DNA of 64,000 bases from a virus (IMGVR_UViG_3300032270_001615:1-64000); one strand, 5' to 3'. Counted from the first letter of the stretch, positions 19,112 through 27,473 are shown. Made by a program: numbers and translations. The notes: generated by a model from the sequence alone, not told the origin.

Positions 19112-19348
19112 ATGCACGACATACTAAAAGAAGCACACGAAAAACGAACCGAAAAACTCGCAGACCTGTGGGCTTGCGCTCACGAGTACACGAGTTCCAC
19201 CAAAGAGGAGAACCTAGAACTGGCTCTCGCCTCACTCATAAACGTAATCGCAGGTCGTGATTACGGCTACGAGTTCATCAAAGATATGACAGCACTCGCT
19301 AACAGCACTATCGCCGAGCGTGTGGTGGAACAGAAGAAAGCCTCGTAA
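19112..19348 (+). CDS. hypothetical protein (leaderless start)
   Basis: ATG 6 nt after TAAAGT. Confidence 0.6.
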   Translation: MHDILKEAHEKRTEKLADLWACAHEYTSSTKEENLELALASLINVIAGRDYGYEFIKDMTALANSTIAERVVEQKKAS

Positions 19349-19494
19349 GAGGTTGTCATTGTCGGTAATAACCGATAGAGTTAGATTTAGACAGGGAGAC
19401 TGAAGAGTGTCCCATAACGCTAATCGGGAGATGGAAATGTCTCCCGACAGGCTCTCCCTGTCTATCCAAGTACCTACTACGAACTGGAGATGAA

Positions 19495-19728
19495 ATGACA
19501 CTTAGAAGCCCCGAAGTGCGGTCAGAGTACCTCTACGCACTCAAGCAATATGTTGCAAAGGCGTTTGCCTTGTCCCAAGTTTGGGAGTGCATCAACCTAG
19601 ATGAAAAACTGAGCAACGCGGTAGCCGGGACTACGTTCCCGTTCGCCATGTCCTTTGACGAGTATTGCTGCGAGATGCTTGCGATACTCAACAGGTTGGA
19701 AGAAGAACTCGCAGAGGCAGCCGCATGA
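19495..19728 (+). CDS. hypothetical protein
   Basis: GGAG RBS. Confidence 0.55.
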   Translation: MTLRSPEVRSEYLYALKQYVAKAFALSQVWECINLDEKLSNAVAGTTFPFAMSFDEYCCEMLAILNRLEEELAEAAA

Positions 19729-19928
19729 GCCCCGCCCCCCAGATACTCGTGAAGGCAAACCTGCGCTGGAACACCCAGCACGTTCCTTCAGCAACGGAAA
19801 ACAAGTTCTACACCCCAGACGACATCGACGGGGCTTGCCTGCTCTCGCTCGTTGAGGGCGAGGCGACACTCCGACTTCACGACGGTAGGAAGGCAGTCGT
19901 GTTTCACGAGGACATAGAAATCTTGTAA
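19725..19928 (+). CDS. hypothetical protein
   Basis: ATGA overlap. Confidence 0.45.
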   Translation: MSPAPQILVKANLRWNTQHVPSATENKFYTPDDIDGACLLSLVEGEATLRLHDGRKAVVFHEDIEIL

Positions 19929-19991
19929 CGCAGGTTGTGGTTATGCCCTATAACCGATAGAGTGAAGTTACCTACAAACGGAAGGAATACT

Positions 19992-20432
19992 ATGTCCATA
20001 ATGGCACTCGCTAGCAAGGTTGATGAACTCATCACTTTGCCAGCCGACCAAAAAACGGCGAAACTCATCGCAGTATTTGGCACTAACGAGTTGGAGATTA
20101 CCTCTGACGACCTAGCCCAAGTTGCTGAACACGGTGATGTTTACGACCTACTAGAGAGCGACATTGCTCGCTCAACGGCTCAGTTCGCTGACGCTATCAC
20201 CCTCGTCACCTGCGGTTGGGCTTCGCCTATTGCCGAAGGTCAGAGTGATGACGAGCAAGTTGCGCCTTCGCAACACCCTGAACGCCGTAGAGTTCGGTTG
20301 GTCGTAACAGCCACCCGTGAACACACGGCAAGCGTTCTGCGTTTCTCTGACGACTGGGATAACCCTGTTACCGATGAGGGACACGCACGAGGCTCACTCG
20401 CTGACGCTGTACGAGAGTTGTTTCAGGACTAA
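19992..20432 (+). CDS. conserved hypothetical protein
   Basis: AAGGAA RBS; GWASP...APSQHPERRRVRL. Confidence 0.65.
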   Translation: MSIMALASKVDELITLPADQKTAKLIAVFGTNELEITSDDLAQVAEHGDVYDLLESDIARSTAQFADAITLVTCGWASPIAEGQSDDEQVAPSQHPERRRVRLVVTATREHTASVLRFSDDWDNPVTDEGHARGSLADAVRELFQD

Positions 20433-20447
20433 TCACCCCTGAACCCC

Positions 20448-20489
20448 AGCCACCTGCCGTTCGCACCCCGTTCGGCAGGTGGCTTTCTC
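20448..20489 (+). terminator. intrinsic terminator
   Basis: 12-bp stem agccacctgccg/cggcaggtggct followed by ttctc. Confidence 0.65.
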
Positions 20490-20825
20490 GTAGCCCCGAG
20501 CTGCTGGTTGTCGCTTTCCACCACCGTAAGTACTAGACGTATAGATGTGTCTTCGTTCCAACCGGGGCTCCACACCTACCCCTAGCCTTTTTTTATACGG
20601 CTATAACTGGTTGCTTGACCAACTACAACCACTCCCCTACTCTCGCCCGTGCCGAACTGAAGTAGAAGACCAGATCAGACAGTCCAGCCTTTGGGTTTGC
20701 ACGTGATTCAGACGTAACCACTTCGCTGGGCTCCGTCCGTCGGTGCGCATTGTTGGCTTGTCGGCGACTCGGAAAATTGTTGGCGCAGGTTGCTATTGCC
20801 AGTTATAACCGATAAAGTTATACCC

Positions 20826-21095
20826 ATGACAACCACAACCATGAGACATAAATTATCCACCAATGCCCTTCAGGCAGATTCCTTCGGTTGGAATGCCACC
20901 GAGTACCAACTGGATATCTGGCAGGACGACAACGACAATAGTTTGTTCGTTCGTGTGCTGAAGGACGGCAATCCACACGCTGCGGCGACATTCCGTGACT
21001 GCGAGACACAGCACCATGACAGCGAGCGTTGGCTGAACGACAAGGTTGGATTCCCCAACCCGTTTGCAGGGATTCTCTCCAACCAACTTTGGTAA
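20826..21095 (+). CDS. hypothetical protein (leaderless start)
   Basis: ATG 7 nt after TAAAGT. Confidence 0.6.
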   Translation: MTTTTMRHKLSTNALQADSFGWNATEYQLDIWQDDNDNSLFVRVLKDGNPHAAATFRDCETQHHDSERWLNDKVGFPNPFAGILSNQLW

Positions 21096-21432
21096 TCCCA
21101 AGTCTCGGCGACTGGCGCACCCCCTGCGTCGGTTGCCGACGGCTGGCGTCCCGCCTCTTTGCTTGTTTGTATTTGTAGTTCCACAATGCGTAGGTTGACT
21201 CAGCGGGGATGCGGCAACGCGGAACGCTGGGCTTATCTCGAGCTGTCGAGCTCTTCCGCCACCGTGAGTCCTAGACGAATAGGCACACCTCAGGTTGGGG
21301 GTCGGGGCTTACAGATGCCATCTTGTTAGCACTAAATTTAGTGCGAAATTTGGTGCGAAATAAAAGTTTTCTGCGAGGTTGTGCTTGGCGGTTATAGCCG
21401 ATAGAGTGAAAGCAACCTACGAAAGGAAAACG

Positions 21433-21780
21433 GTGAAAGTCAATTTTGGAAAGTCCTCACACCAAATTGCCACACTTGAGCGAGAAGGTCGTTCGTGTGA
21501 TGGTGGTGTAATCCTCAATCAAATTGGGAAAATGACGGTTCTCGGTGTTTGCGGTGGCAGGGTTATCGCACTCAAGGACAGCGAAGGAAGCCATGTTGGA
21601 GTTGCGTTGTTCGTAACGAACTCACGCCGTATTGAGGTCATTCTCAATTTCTTAGATGTTTATGATGTTCGCCGTATCCGCACAGACAGAGAAGGCAACG
21701 AAATCGTTGAGGCAGAGTTCTCAATGGTCTATTGTGACGAACTAGAGAGCGCAGTTTGGAAAGCGAGTTGCTGGGAATGA
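21433..21780 (+). CDS. hypothetical protein
   Basis: AAGGAA RBS then GTG; RRIEVILNFLDVYDVRR. Confidence 0.6.
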   Translation: MKVNFGKSSHQIATLEREGRSCDGGVILNQIGKMTVLGVCGGRVIALKDSEGSHVGVALFVTNSRRIEVILNFLDVYDVRRIRTDREGNEIVEAEFSMVYCDELESAVWKASCWE

Positions 21781-21959
21781 CACTCAAACTAGTGCCACCC
21801 GTCTACGAGTGGCAAACGTGGAAAGACGGCTACCAACCGAGCGACGAGCAACTCGGGGCTATGGGCGACGAAGAGTACGAAGCCTACGCCCGTTGCGTAA
21901 TATATCCGAAGGTAGAAATCTCAAAACGAAGCCACCCAACCTACAGAGGAGACAAATGA
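21777..21959 (+). CDS. hypothetical protein
   Basis: ATGA overlap. Confidence 0.45.
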   Translation: MTLKLVPPVYEWQTWKDGYQPSDEQLGAMGDEEYEAYARCVIYPKVEISKRSHPTYRGDK

Positions 21960-22246
21960 TGGAAACACAGGAGCCCCGACTTACGCGTGAGGCGATCCAT
22001 GAAGCACTCGTTGCTATGGACGAAAGCGCATTACTAATGGATGGATTTGATGAAGCCTTCATTGGCTGGTCACGCAGGGGGAACGAGCCGTTGCTCGCTG
22101 TCTACTCTTATGAAAAAATGCTTGATGTTTGCGTTGAGCGTGACGGAATGGAGTTTGAGGAAGCAGTTGAATATGTTGATTTCAATTGCGTAGGTGCTTG
22201 GATGGGAGAACGCACACCTATCATCGTGATGCCATTCATGGACTAG
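21956..22246 (+). CDS. conserved phage hypothetical protein
   Basis: LLMDGFDEAFIG...AVYSYEKM...EEAVEYVDFNCVGAWMGERTP. Confidence 0.7.
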   Translation: MMETQEPRLTREAIHEALVAMDESALLMDGFDEAFIGWSRRGNEPLLAVYSYEKMLDVCVERDGMEFEEAVEYVDFNCVGAWMGERTPIIVMPFMD

Positions 22247-22271
22247 ACTTGTAAAAGACAAGGAGTCCAGA

Positions 22272-22514
22272 ATGAACCCAGAGAAGAAGACCGGGGCTAA
22301 TGGGATGACGTACACGTATACCGATTTCTTAGCCGATGTACAAAAAGCGCATTCCGACATGCACGGTCATTGGCGTTTTGGACAATGTTATTTCAACACG
22401 ATGCGATCCAAGCGTCCCGCTTTAGCTGAAGAGCTCAGAGGTTCATCCTTTGATCCGTTTCATCGAGACGAAGTAGATCAGTTGACCCACAACTGGGCAA
22501 GAGAGAATTGGTAA
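22272..22514 (+). CDS. hypothetical protein
   Basis: AAGGAG RBS; WRFGQCYFN...DPFH. Confidence 0.6.
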   Translation: MNPEKKTGANGMTYTYTDFLADVQKAHSDMHGHWRFGQCYFNTMRSKRPALAEELRGSSFDPFHRDEVDQLTHNWARENW

Positions 22515-22691
22515 AACCAATCAGGCTCTTCCGCCACCGTTGTTCTTAGACGATAAGCGCATCCTTCTTGTGAAGCGGGGCCCCTGGATGTCTGGCCGGC
22601 CCGCCTGATCCGATCGGGTTTGATATACCTGATTGTATATATTTTCTAGATCAGGTTGTTATTGTTGCCTATAACCGATAAACTGATTTTT

Positions 22692-22925
22692 ATGACAACA
22701 CTACCTACACACCCAAGTGATCCCGAACTCGCCCAAATACTTTGGGAAGAGTACTTCGCACCAACCACGACACCTGCAAAGGCGATCGCCACCATGTTTG
22801 ACGATCTCGCAGAAAAACGTTTCTTGTATGACGATCTGAAAACGACAGAGGCAGAGATCCTCGCTCATATCATTGCCTTCGCCAAGCAAACGCACGATCT
22901 AGGCGTACTGCACCAAGAGTTGTAA
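22692..22925 (+). CDS. hypothetical protein (leaderless start)
   Basis: ATG 7 nt after TAAACT. Confidence 0.6.
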   Translation: MTTLPTHPSDPELAQILWEEYFAPTTTPAKAIATMFDDLAEKRFLYDDLKTTEAEILAHIIAFAKQTHDLGVLHQEL

Positions 22926-22975
22926 TCCAAAGACGGCTGGCACGCCCCCCGTGCTGGTCGTCGCTGGCTGTCCCG

Positions 22976-23191
22976 CTATTTTTCTTCTAGCGGATACACA
23001 ACCATCAAGTCTGGTTTGCGTGACCCATCAACTTGTTCGCCACCGCCCTGAATGACCCTGAGCGAAAGGCTGGGCTTCAGAATCGCAGCAATTTCTTCGT
23101 TCGCTTGCTGAACTTCCGTAATTCGCTCGTGAACTTCGTCCAACAACTTTTGTAATTTTTTTGTTTTGTGTTGAAAGAGTTCGTTTTCCAT
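22976..23191 (-). CDS. small coiled-coil protein
   Basis: MENELFQHKTKKLQKLL...LRVIQGG. Confidence 0.45.
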   Translation of the reverse strand: MENELFQHKTKKLQKLLDEVHERITEVQQANEEIAAILKPSLSLRVIQGGGEQVDGSRKPDLMVVYPLEEK

Positions 23192-23506
23192 TGACGAGAA
23201 TATATCATGGATCGCACGTCGCGCGCCGGCCCCGCAAATTGGAGATGCTATGAAACCAAAGAAAGAAACCCACGAGTGCCACATGAAGAGGTTCGTGAGG
23301 CATGAAGAAGATAGATGCGCTGGTTCGGTGAAGCCTCGCAGCGACACGCACCTTTGCGAGTACCACTTTGGCATTGAGCAAGAAGCCCGATACTTGGGGC
23401 GGATGGCGTAAACAGAAAGCTGGGCTGTCCTCCAGACACAGCCGTACTAAAAACTTTTTCTTGTCACGAGGTTGTGGTTATTAGTAATAACCGATAGAGT
23501 GAAATT

Positions 23507-23605
23507 ATGACAGAAACAATTCTGTATGTTGAGGGACTTTTTCTCGGCGTACTTCACGGAATACTCATTGGCTACATGCTCGGGAGAAGGAGTAAAAAGA
23601 AATGA
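23507..23605 (+). CDS. 32-aa single-TM peptide (not in ORF track)
   Basis: MTETILYVEGLFLGVLHGILIGYMLGRRSKKK; leaderless start 6 nt after TAGAGT. Confidence 0.55.
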   Translation: MTETILYVEGLFLGVLHGILIGYMLGRRSKKK

Positions 23606-23931
23606 ACGAAAACACCTACCGAACAGCAAAGACCGTGCTTATCACGGCGACAGTGACCATTGCGTCAGTGCTTGCGTTCAGTTTCATGAAGGAACAGCAA
23701 CGACAGTCCAATGAGTTCTTTTGCAACGGCGCATCTGTGACGATCAAAGAAGGCGACACCCTGTACTGGATTGCACGGACAAACTGTGAGGGCAACACCA
23801 TGAATGTCGTTGATCAGTTGGTCTCAGTTTACGGGACTACGCTGAACGTCGGCGACACGATCTACTTACCCACACACCCTAATTGCGAACTTCGCCTCAC
23901 AGACGGCGGTCAGGTGATGGAAGACTGCTGA
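23602..23931 (+). CDS. membrane-anchored LysM domain protein
   Basis: N-terminal TM; VTIKEGDTLYWIAR...LNVGDTIYLP. Confidence 0.75.
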   Translation: MNENTYRTAKTVLITATVTIASVLAFSFMKEQQRQSNEFFCNGASVTIKEGDTLYWIARTNCEGNTMNVVDQLVSVYGTTLNVGDTIYLPTHPNCELRLTDGGQVMEDC

Positions 23932-24305
23932 TGAGCATGGTGATTGTCGGCGTAGATGACGAACTCGGACACATCTGCGACGCGTGCGGCTCGGGAGTCC
24001 CGACTCAGGGTTGGCACGTTCCGTACGAGACCATTGGTTACTACGATGGTTTCACGGACAATTTAGAAGCACTCATGTCTGATGACGACCCGAAGTATTG
24101 GTTCTTGTGTCACGACTGCATTGTCAAGTTGCTCACATTCTTCCCACGACTAGGTTCTTTCTTTAGTCAGGGACAGCATCCGTGCGACGGAGACGCCCCG
24201 TGTTGCAAGTGGGCTTGGCGTTCACACGAAGGCGTAACACAAGTTGTTGGAGATGACGGTGGGTGGATTCCGCTTCCCAAAAAAGAGGATGAGTCACCTT
24301 TCTGA
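23931..24305 (+). CDS. Cys-rich hypothetical protein
   Basis: CDAC...CHDC. Confidence 0.55.
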   Translation: MSMVIVGVDDELGHICDACGSGVPTQGWHVPYETIGYYDGFTDNLEALMSDDDPKYWFLCHDCIVKLLTFFPRLGSFFSQGQHPCDGDAPCCKWAWRSHEGVTQVVGDDGGWIPLPKKEDESPF

Positions 24306-24447
24306 GAGGTCGACATCGGCGGGGCTGCACAGCTTGCCGGCAGACGAACGGTAGCGTTTGAAGCGGACAAATGGAAGTGTTTGACACAAGCAGGTTGTGA
24401 TTGACCTCTATAACCGATAGAGTGGTATCAACCAAGAAGGGGGCACT

Positions 24448-24612
24448 GTGCCAAAACAAAAAGCAACAGCAGTTGATCTGACCGAAGAGGAATATGCAGA
24501 GGTCATCAAGTGGGCTGACAAGTTCGGTCTACACCGTACGTACAATGCTTCGCAGGGTGGCATGCAGATCAACGGAGTTGTCTACCGCAAGCCAGTATTC
24601 AGTCTGATCTAA
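24448..24612 (+). CDS. small hypothetical protein (54 aa)
   Basis: Follows the promoter copy at 24393 and an AAGGGG RBS. Confidence 0.45.
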   Translation: MPKQKATAVDLTEEEYAEVIKWADKFGLHRTYNASQGGMQINGVVYRKPVFSLI

Positions 24613-24763
24613 CAAAGTCCCAGAGCAGTTCCGGTTGCCGGCTGTCCCGCTTTAAAGCTTGTCCTTGAAGTCCTTTCCGCCACCGTTGTTCTTAGACGAA
24701 TAAGTGTGTGTCCGTGTCCTTCCCGGGGCTACCTGTTTCTACATCTACTGTGGAAAAACTGAA

Positions 24764-24803
24764 TTGTAACTTTTGTGTAACTTTGTTGCAATCGTGTAAC
24801 TTT
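24764..24803 (-). repeat. three copies of (G/T)TGTAACTTT (reverse complement of AAAGTTACAC)
   Basis: 24764, 24775 and 24794; immediately upstream of the whiB(2) promoter. Confidence 0.7.
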
Positions 24804-24849
24804 TTCAATAAAGGTTGTCATTGAGCCTAATAACCGATAGATTGAAGTT

Positions 24850-25149
24850 ATGGAACTAAGAGCAACTATGGAAACTCAACCAACAAACGTATTGCGTAAC
24901 TCTGATTTCAAGTGGCAAGACCAAGCAGGGTGCGTGGGAATGGATACAAATATCTTTTTCTACGACAGAAACGCAAAAGCCCAAATCATCAAGGCTCGCA
25001 AAATCTGTGGAAACTGCCCAGTGGCAAATGACTGCCTAGAGTTCGCTCTCGCCAACAACATTGAAGATGGAATGTGGGGCGGTAAATCAGGTCGTGAGCG
25101 CAGGAACATTCGCCAAGTCAGAGCCCGAAGCCGAAAGGTAGCGGTGTGA
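24850..25149 (+). CDS. whiB: WhiB family transcription factor (2)
   Basis: WQDQAGC...CGNCPVANDCLEFAL...GMWGG. Confidence 0.9.
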   Translation: MELRATMETQPTNVLRNSDFKWQDQAGCVGMDTNIFFYDRNAKAQIIKARKICGNCPVANDCLEFALANNIEDGMWGGKSGRERRNIRQVRARSRKVAV

Positions 25150-25244
25150 TGGCGACGTGGTGGCCCCGCTTTGTATACAGACTTATGCTCAGGTACGGAA
25201 AGGGGATTATAAAATGAATAAGCGTTTGGCGTTCGCCATTTTAG

Positions 25245-25523
25245 TTACTTGCTTTGCGTTGGTTTATTACTATCAGAACTCACTGTTATGACGTTTGTGT
25301 AGAACGTGTCAAGAAGTGCGTTCACACTCGGTGTTTGGTCGCCAATAACACCCTGAAGTTCTCTGATGCTCTTCAGGAGCGTCGGCGCAGTCCCGACTTT
25401 ATTCGCATTGTCGTGTTCCATCTCAAGAATTCTTCGTTCCATCGCACGCAGGCGTTTCTCAAAGCCCTCAAATTTATAACTCAGCGCCTCAATGCGCTGT
25501 AGGATTTGGTTATCTTCAATCAT
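25245..25523 (-). CDS. coiled-coil hypothetical protein
   Basis: ATG back-to-back with the helicase ATG (CATATG at 25521-25526). Confidence 0.5.
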   Translation of the reverse strand: MIEDNQILQRIEALSYKFEGFEKRLRAMERRILEMEHDNANKVGTAPTLLKSIRELQGVIGDQTPSVNALLDTFYTNVITVSSDSNKPTQSK

Positions 25524-27473
25524 ATGACAACTATACATAACAACTCTTCTCTCAGACTTGACACTGACCATTTAGTTTTGGATTTCCCGTACGACCGAGA
25601 ACTCGTTGAAGACGTCAAACGGATAGACGGGGCAAAATGGGACAAGGTTGCACGTGTCTGGAGAGCGCCGATGAAAAGCCTCGCTGCCGTTCGTGAATTT
25701 GCGTCCACAAACAACTTCAGCATTGACAATGATGTGCTCTTGTTCTCTTCACCCAAGCGTGTGGTTTCAGAAGCAAAGCGTGGTGTGTACTTAGAGGAAG
25801 ACTTCGTATACCTCGCATTTGATTACGACCCTGTGATGGTTCGGTCGGTCAAGCAGGTTGCAGGAATAACTTGGCATCCCAGCTCGAAAGCTTGGCGAGC
25901 CCCGCTGACATCCCTCGAAGACGTGATCCGTTGGGCAGAAACATTCAATCAAAATGTTGATGAGGAAGCCACCCGTAGGGTTGGTCAAATCCAAAGTTCG
26001 CTGTCAGAACTGAGAGACGCCTCCCGTGCCGTAGACGCAGCTGTAGACATTCCGGGGCTAGTTGGAACGTTGATGCCGTATCAAAAAGCAGGAGTTGCTT
26101 ATGCTGTTGAGGCACGCAAATGTTTTATCGCCGATGAGATGGGATTAGGCAAAACGGTTCAGGCAATGGCGGCTCTACATCTGGCCGGCCGCAGCGCGGG
26201 AGCCCCGTGTTACCCAGCTGTCGTCTCATGTCCAGCGAACCTCGTGTTGAACTGGAAAGCGGAATACAACAGGTTCTTGCCCGATGTTCGTGTCGCTGTC
26301 GTCAAAGACCGAAAGACTTTTCCTGATGAAGGAACATACGATGTGGTTGTAGTCGGCTATTCCAATATTACCTCTTGGGAGAAGCGCTTGTCAAATCACA
26401 ATGCTTACGTGTTTGATGAAAGTCATTACTGCAAGACACCAACCGCTCAGAGAACAAAGTCCGCAAAGAAGATTGCCGGCTCAGCCCCGAAAGGCGCGAT
26501 GATCCTGTGCTTGACTGGAACTCCCGTAACCAACCGACCAGCAGAATACGCATCTCAACTAGACATACTCGGACAACTAAATAAGTTCGGTGGTCTGTGG
26601 GGTTTCTACCGTAGATACTGTGATGCATTCAAAGACAAGTGGGGGCAGTGGCATCTTGAAGGTCATTCTCATCTTGACGAACTCAACGATAAACTTCGTA
26701 GCGTTTGTTACATAAGGCGCACAAAAGACCAAGTGCTTACTGATTTGCCACCCGTCATTCACAACCCGTACGTCGTCGACGGGACTCCAGAGCTCGCAGC
26801 TGAGTACAAGAAGGCAGAGGAAGACATCATTGCCTACCTAGTAAACAGGGCGAAGGAGATAGCCATGGAGATGGGTAAGAGCCCGCACTCGGCAGGTGTA
26901 GTGGCACGCATCAGGGCTGAGTCCAATGAACACCTCGTAAAACTGTCCGTGCTTCGCAGGATCGCTGCCAAGGGGAAGATGCAGGAGGCCCAGGACTGGG
27001 TACAGTCCCGAGTTGACGCCGGCAAAAAAGTCGTTATTGCGGCTCACCATAGAGATGTGGTTGATGAACTTGCTAAAAAGTTTAATGCTTGCAAGATTCA
27101 GGGTGGTATGAAGATTGAGGACGTTGAAGAGGCAAAACGAAAGTTTCAGAATGACTCATCCGCCACCGTAATGGTTTTGAGCATCCAAGCTGCAAAGACG
27201 GGGCATACTCTTACTGCTGCACAAGACATACTCTTTGTTGAACTGCCTTGGTCGCCAGCAGACATTGACCAGACTTATAGTCGTTTGCACAGGCATGGGC
27301 AGAAAGGTTCTGTTACTGCTACGTACATGTTGATGAGCGGGACTATTGACGAAGCCATCTACAAACTCACCGAGAAGAAACGCAAGGTAATGAACTCGGC
27401 TGTTGATGGCGATGTCTTTGATGATGACGATGCCAGCACGGCGCAACTTGTTCTAAGTTTCTTGCCTCAATAG
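25524..27473 (+). CDS. SNF2-family helicase with two N-terminal HARP-like repeats
   Basis: ADEMGLGKT, DESH, LTGTP, ELPW..ADIDQ..SRLHRHGQ; duplicated F.YD...V..VK...G..W....WRAP. Confidence 0.9.
   Translation: MTTIHNNSSLRLDTDHLVLDFPYDRELVEDVKRIDGAKWDKVARVWRAPMKSLAAVREFASTNNFSIDNDVLLFSSPKRVVSEAKRGVYLEEDFVYLAFDYDPVMVRSVKQVAGITWHPSSKAWRAPLTSLEDVIRWAETFNQNVDEEATRRVGQIQSSLSELRDASRAVDAAVDIPGLVGTLMPYQKAGVAYAVEARKCFIADEMGLGKTVQAMAALHLAGRSAGAPCYPAVVSCPANLVLNWKAEYNRFLPDVRVAVVKDRKTFPDEGTYDVVVVGYSNITSWEKRLSNHNAYVFDESHYCKTPTAQRTKSAKKIAGSAPKGAMILCLTGTPVTNRPAEYASQLDILGQLNKFGGLWGFYRRYCDAFKDKWGQWHLEGHSHLDELNDKLRSVCYIRRTKDQVLTDLPPVIHNPYVVDGTPELAAEYKKAEEDIIAYLVNRAKEIAMEMGKSPHSAGVVARIRAESNEHLVKLSVLRRIAAKGKMQEAQDWVQSRVDAGKKVVIAAHHRDVVDELAKKFNACKIQGGMKIEDVEEAKRKFQNDSSATVMVLSIQAAKTGHTLTAAQDILFVELPWSPADIDQTYSRLHRHGQKGSVTATYMLMSGTIDEAIYKLTEKKRKVMNSAVDGDVFDDDDASTAQLVLSFLPQ

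Larger units (their letters stand above)
9619..24686 (+). repeat. dispersed polar 12-mer TTCCRCCACCGT, 11 copies
   Basis: Starts at 9619, 10568, 12125, 13563, 15053, 16139, 18939, 20516, 21254, 22529, 24675. All are on the + strand and outside the genes called here. An 11/12 match lies at 27159 inside the helicase. Confidence 0.9.
16496..24840 (+). promoter_or_regulatory. thirteen rightward copies of GGTTG(T/C)-N10-(T/A)ATA(A/G)CCGATA(A/G)
   Basis: GGTTG starts at 16496, 17160, 17757, 18336, 19075, 19351, 19933, 20788, 21377, 22654, 23470, 24393 and 24813, each just upstream of an ORF. Confidence 0.9.

Noticed and set aside
18934-22540. GCTCTTCCG / CCACCG in the polar box resembles Illumina adapter pieces (GCTCTTCCGATCT; GACCACCGAG)
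   Set aside because: The match stops after CCG, flanks vary with a biological-looking consensus, and the copies avoid genes. An artefact is unlikely, though a read check is still advisable.
9619-24686. CRISPR array or integron attC interpretation of the repeats
   Set aside because: Spacing is 0.7-2.8 kb and contains genes. There are no cas genes, no GTTRRRY/RYYYAAC cores and no integrase in the window.
27159-27169. 11/12 match to the polar box inside the SNF2 gene
   Set aside because: It lies in coding sequence (S-A-T-V) and lacks the extended consensus, so it is probably coincidental.
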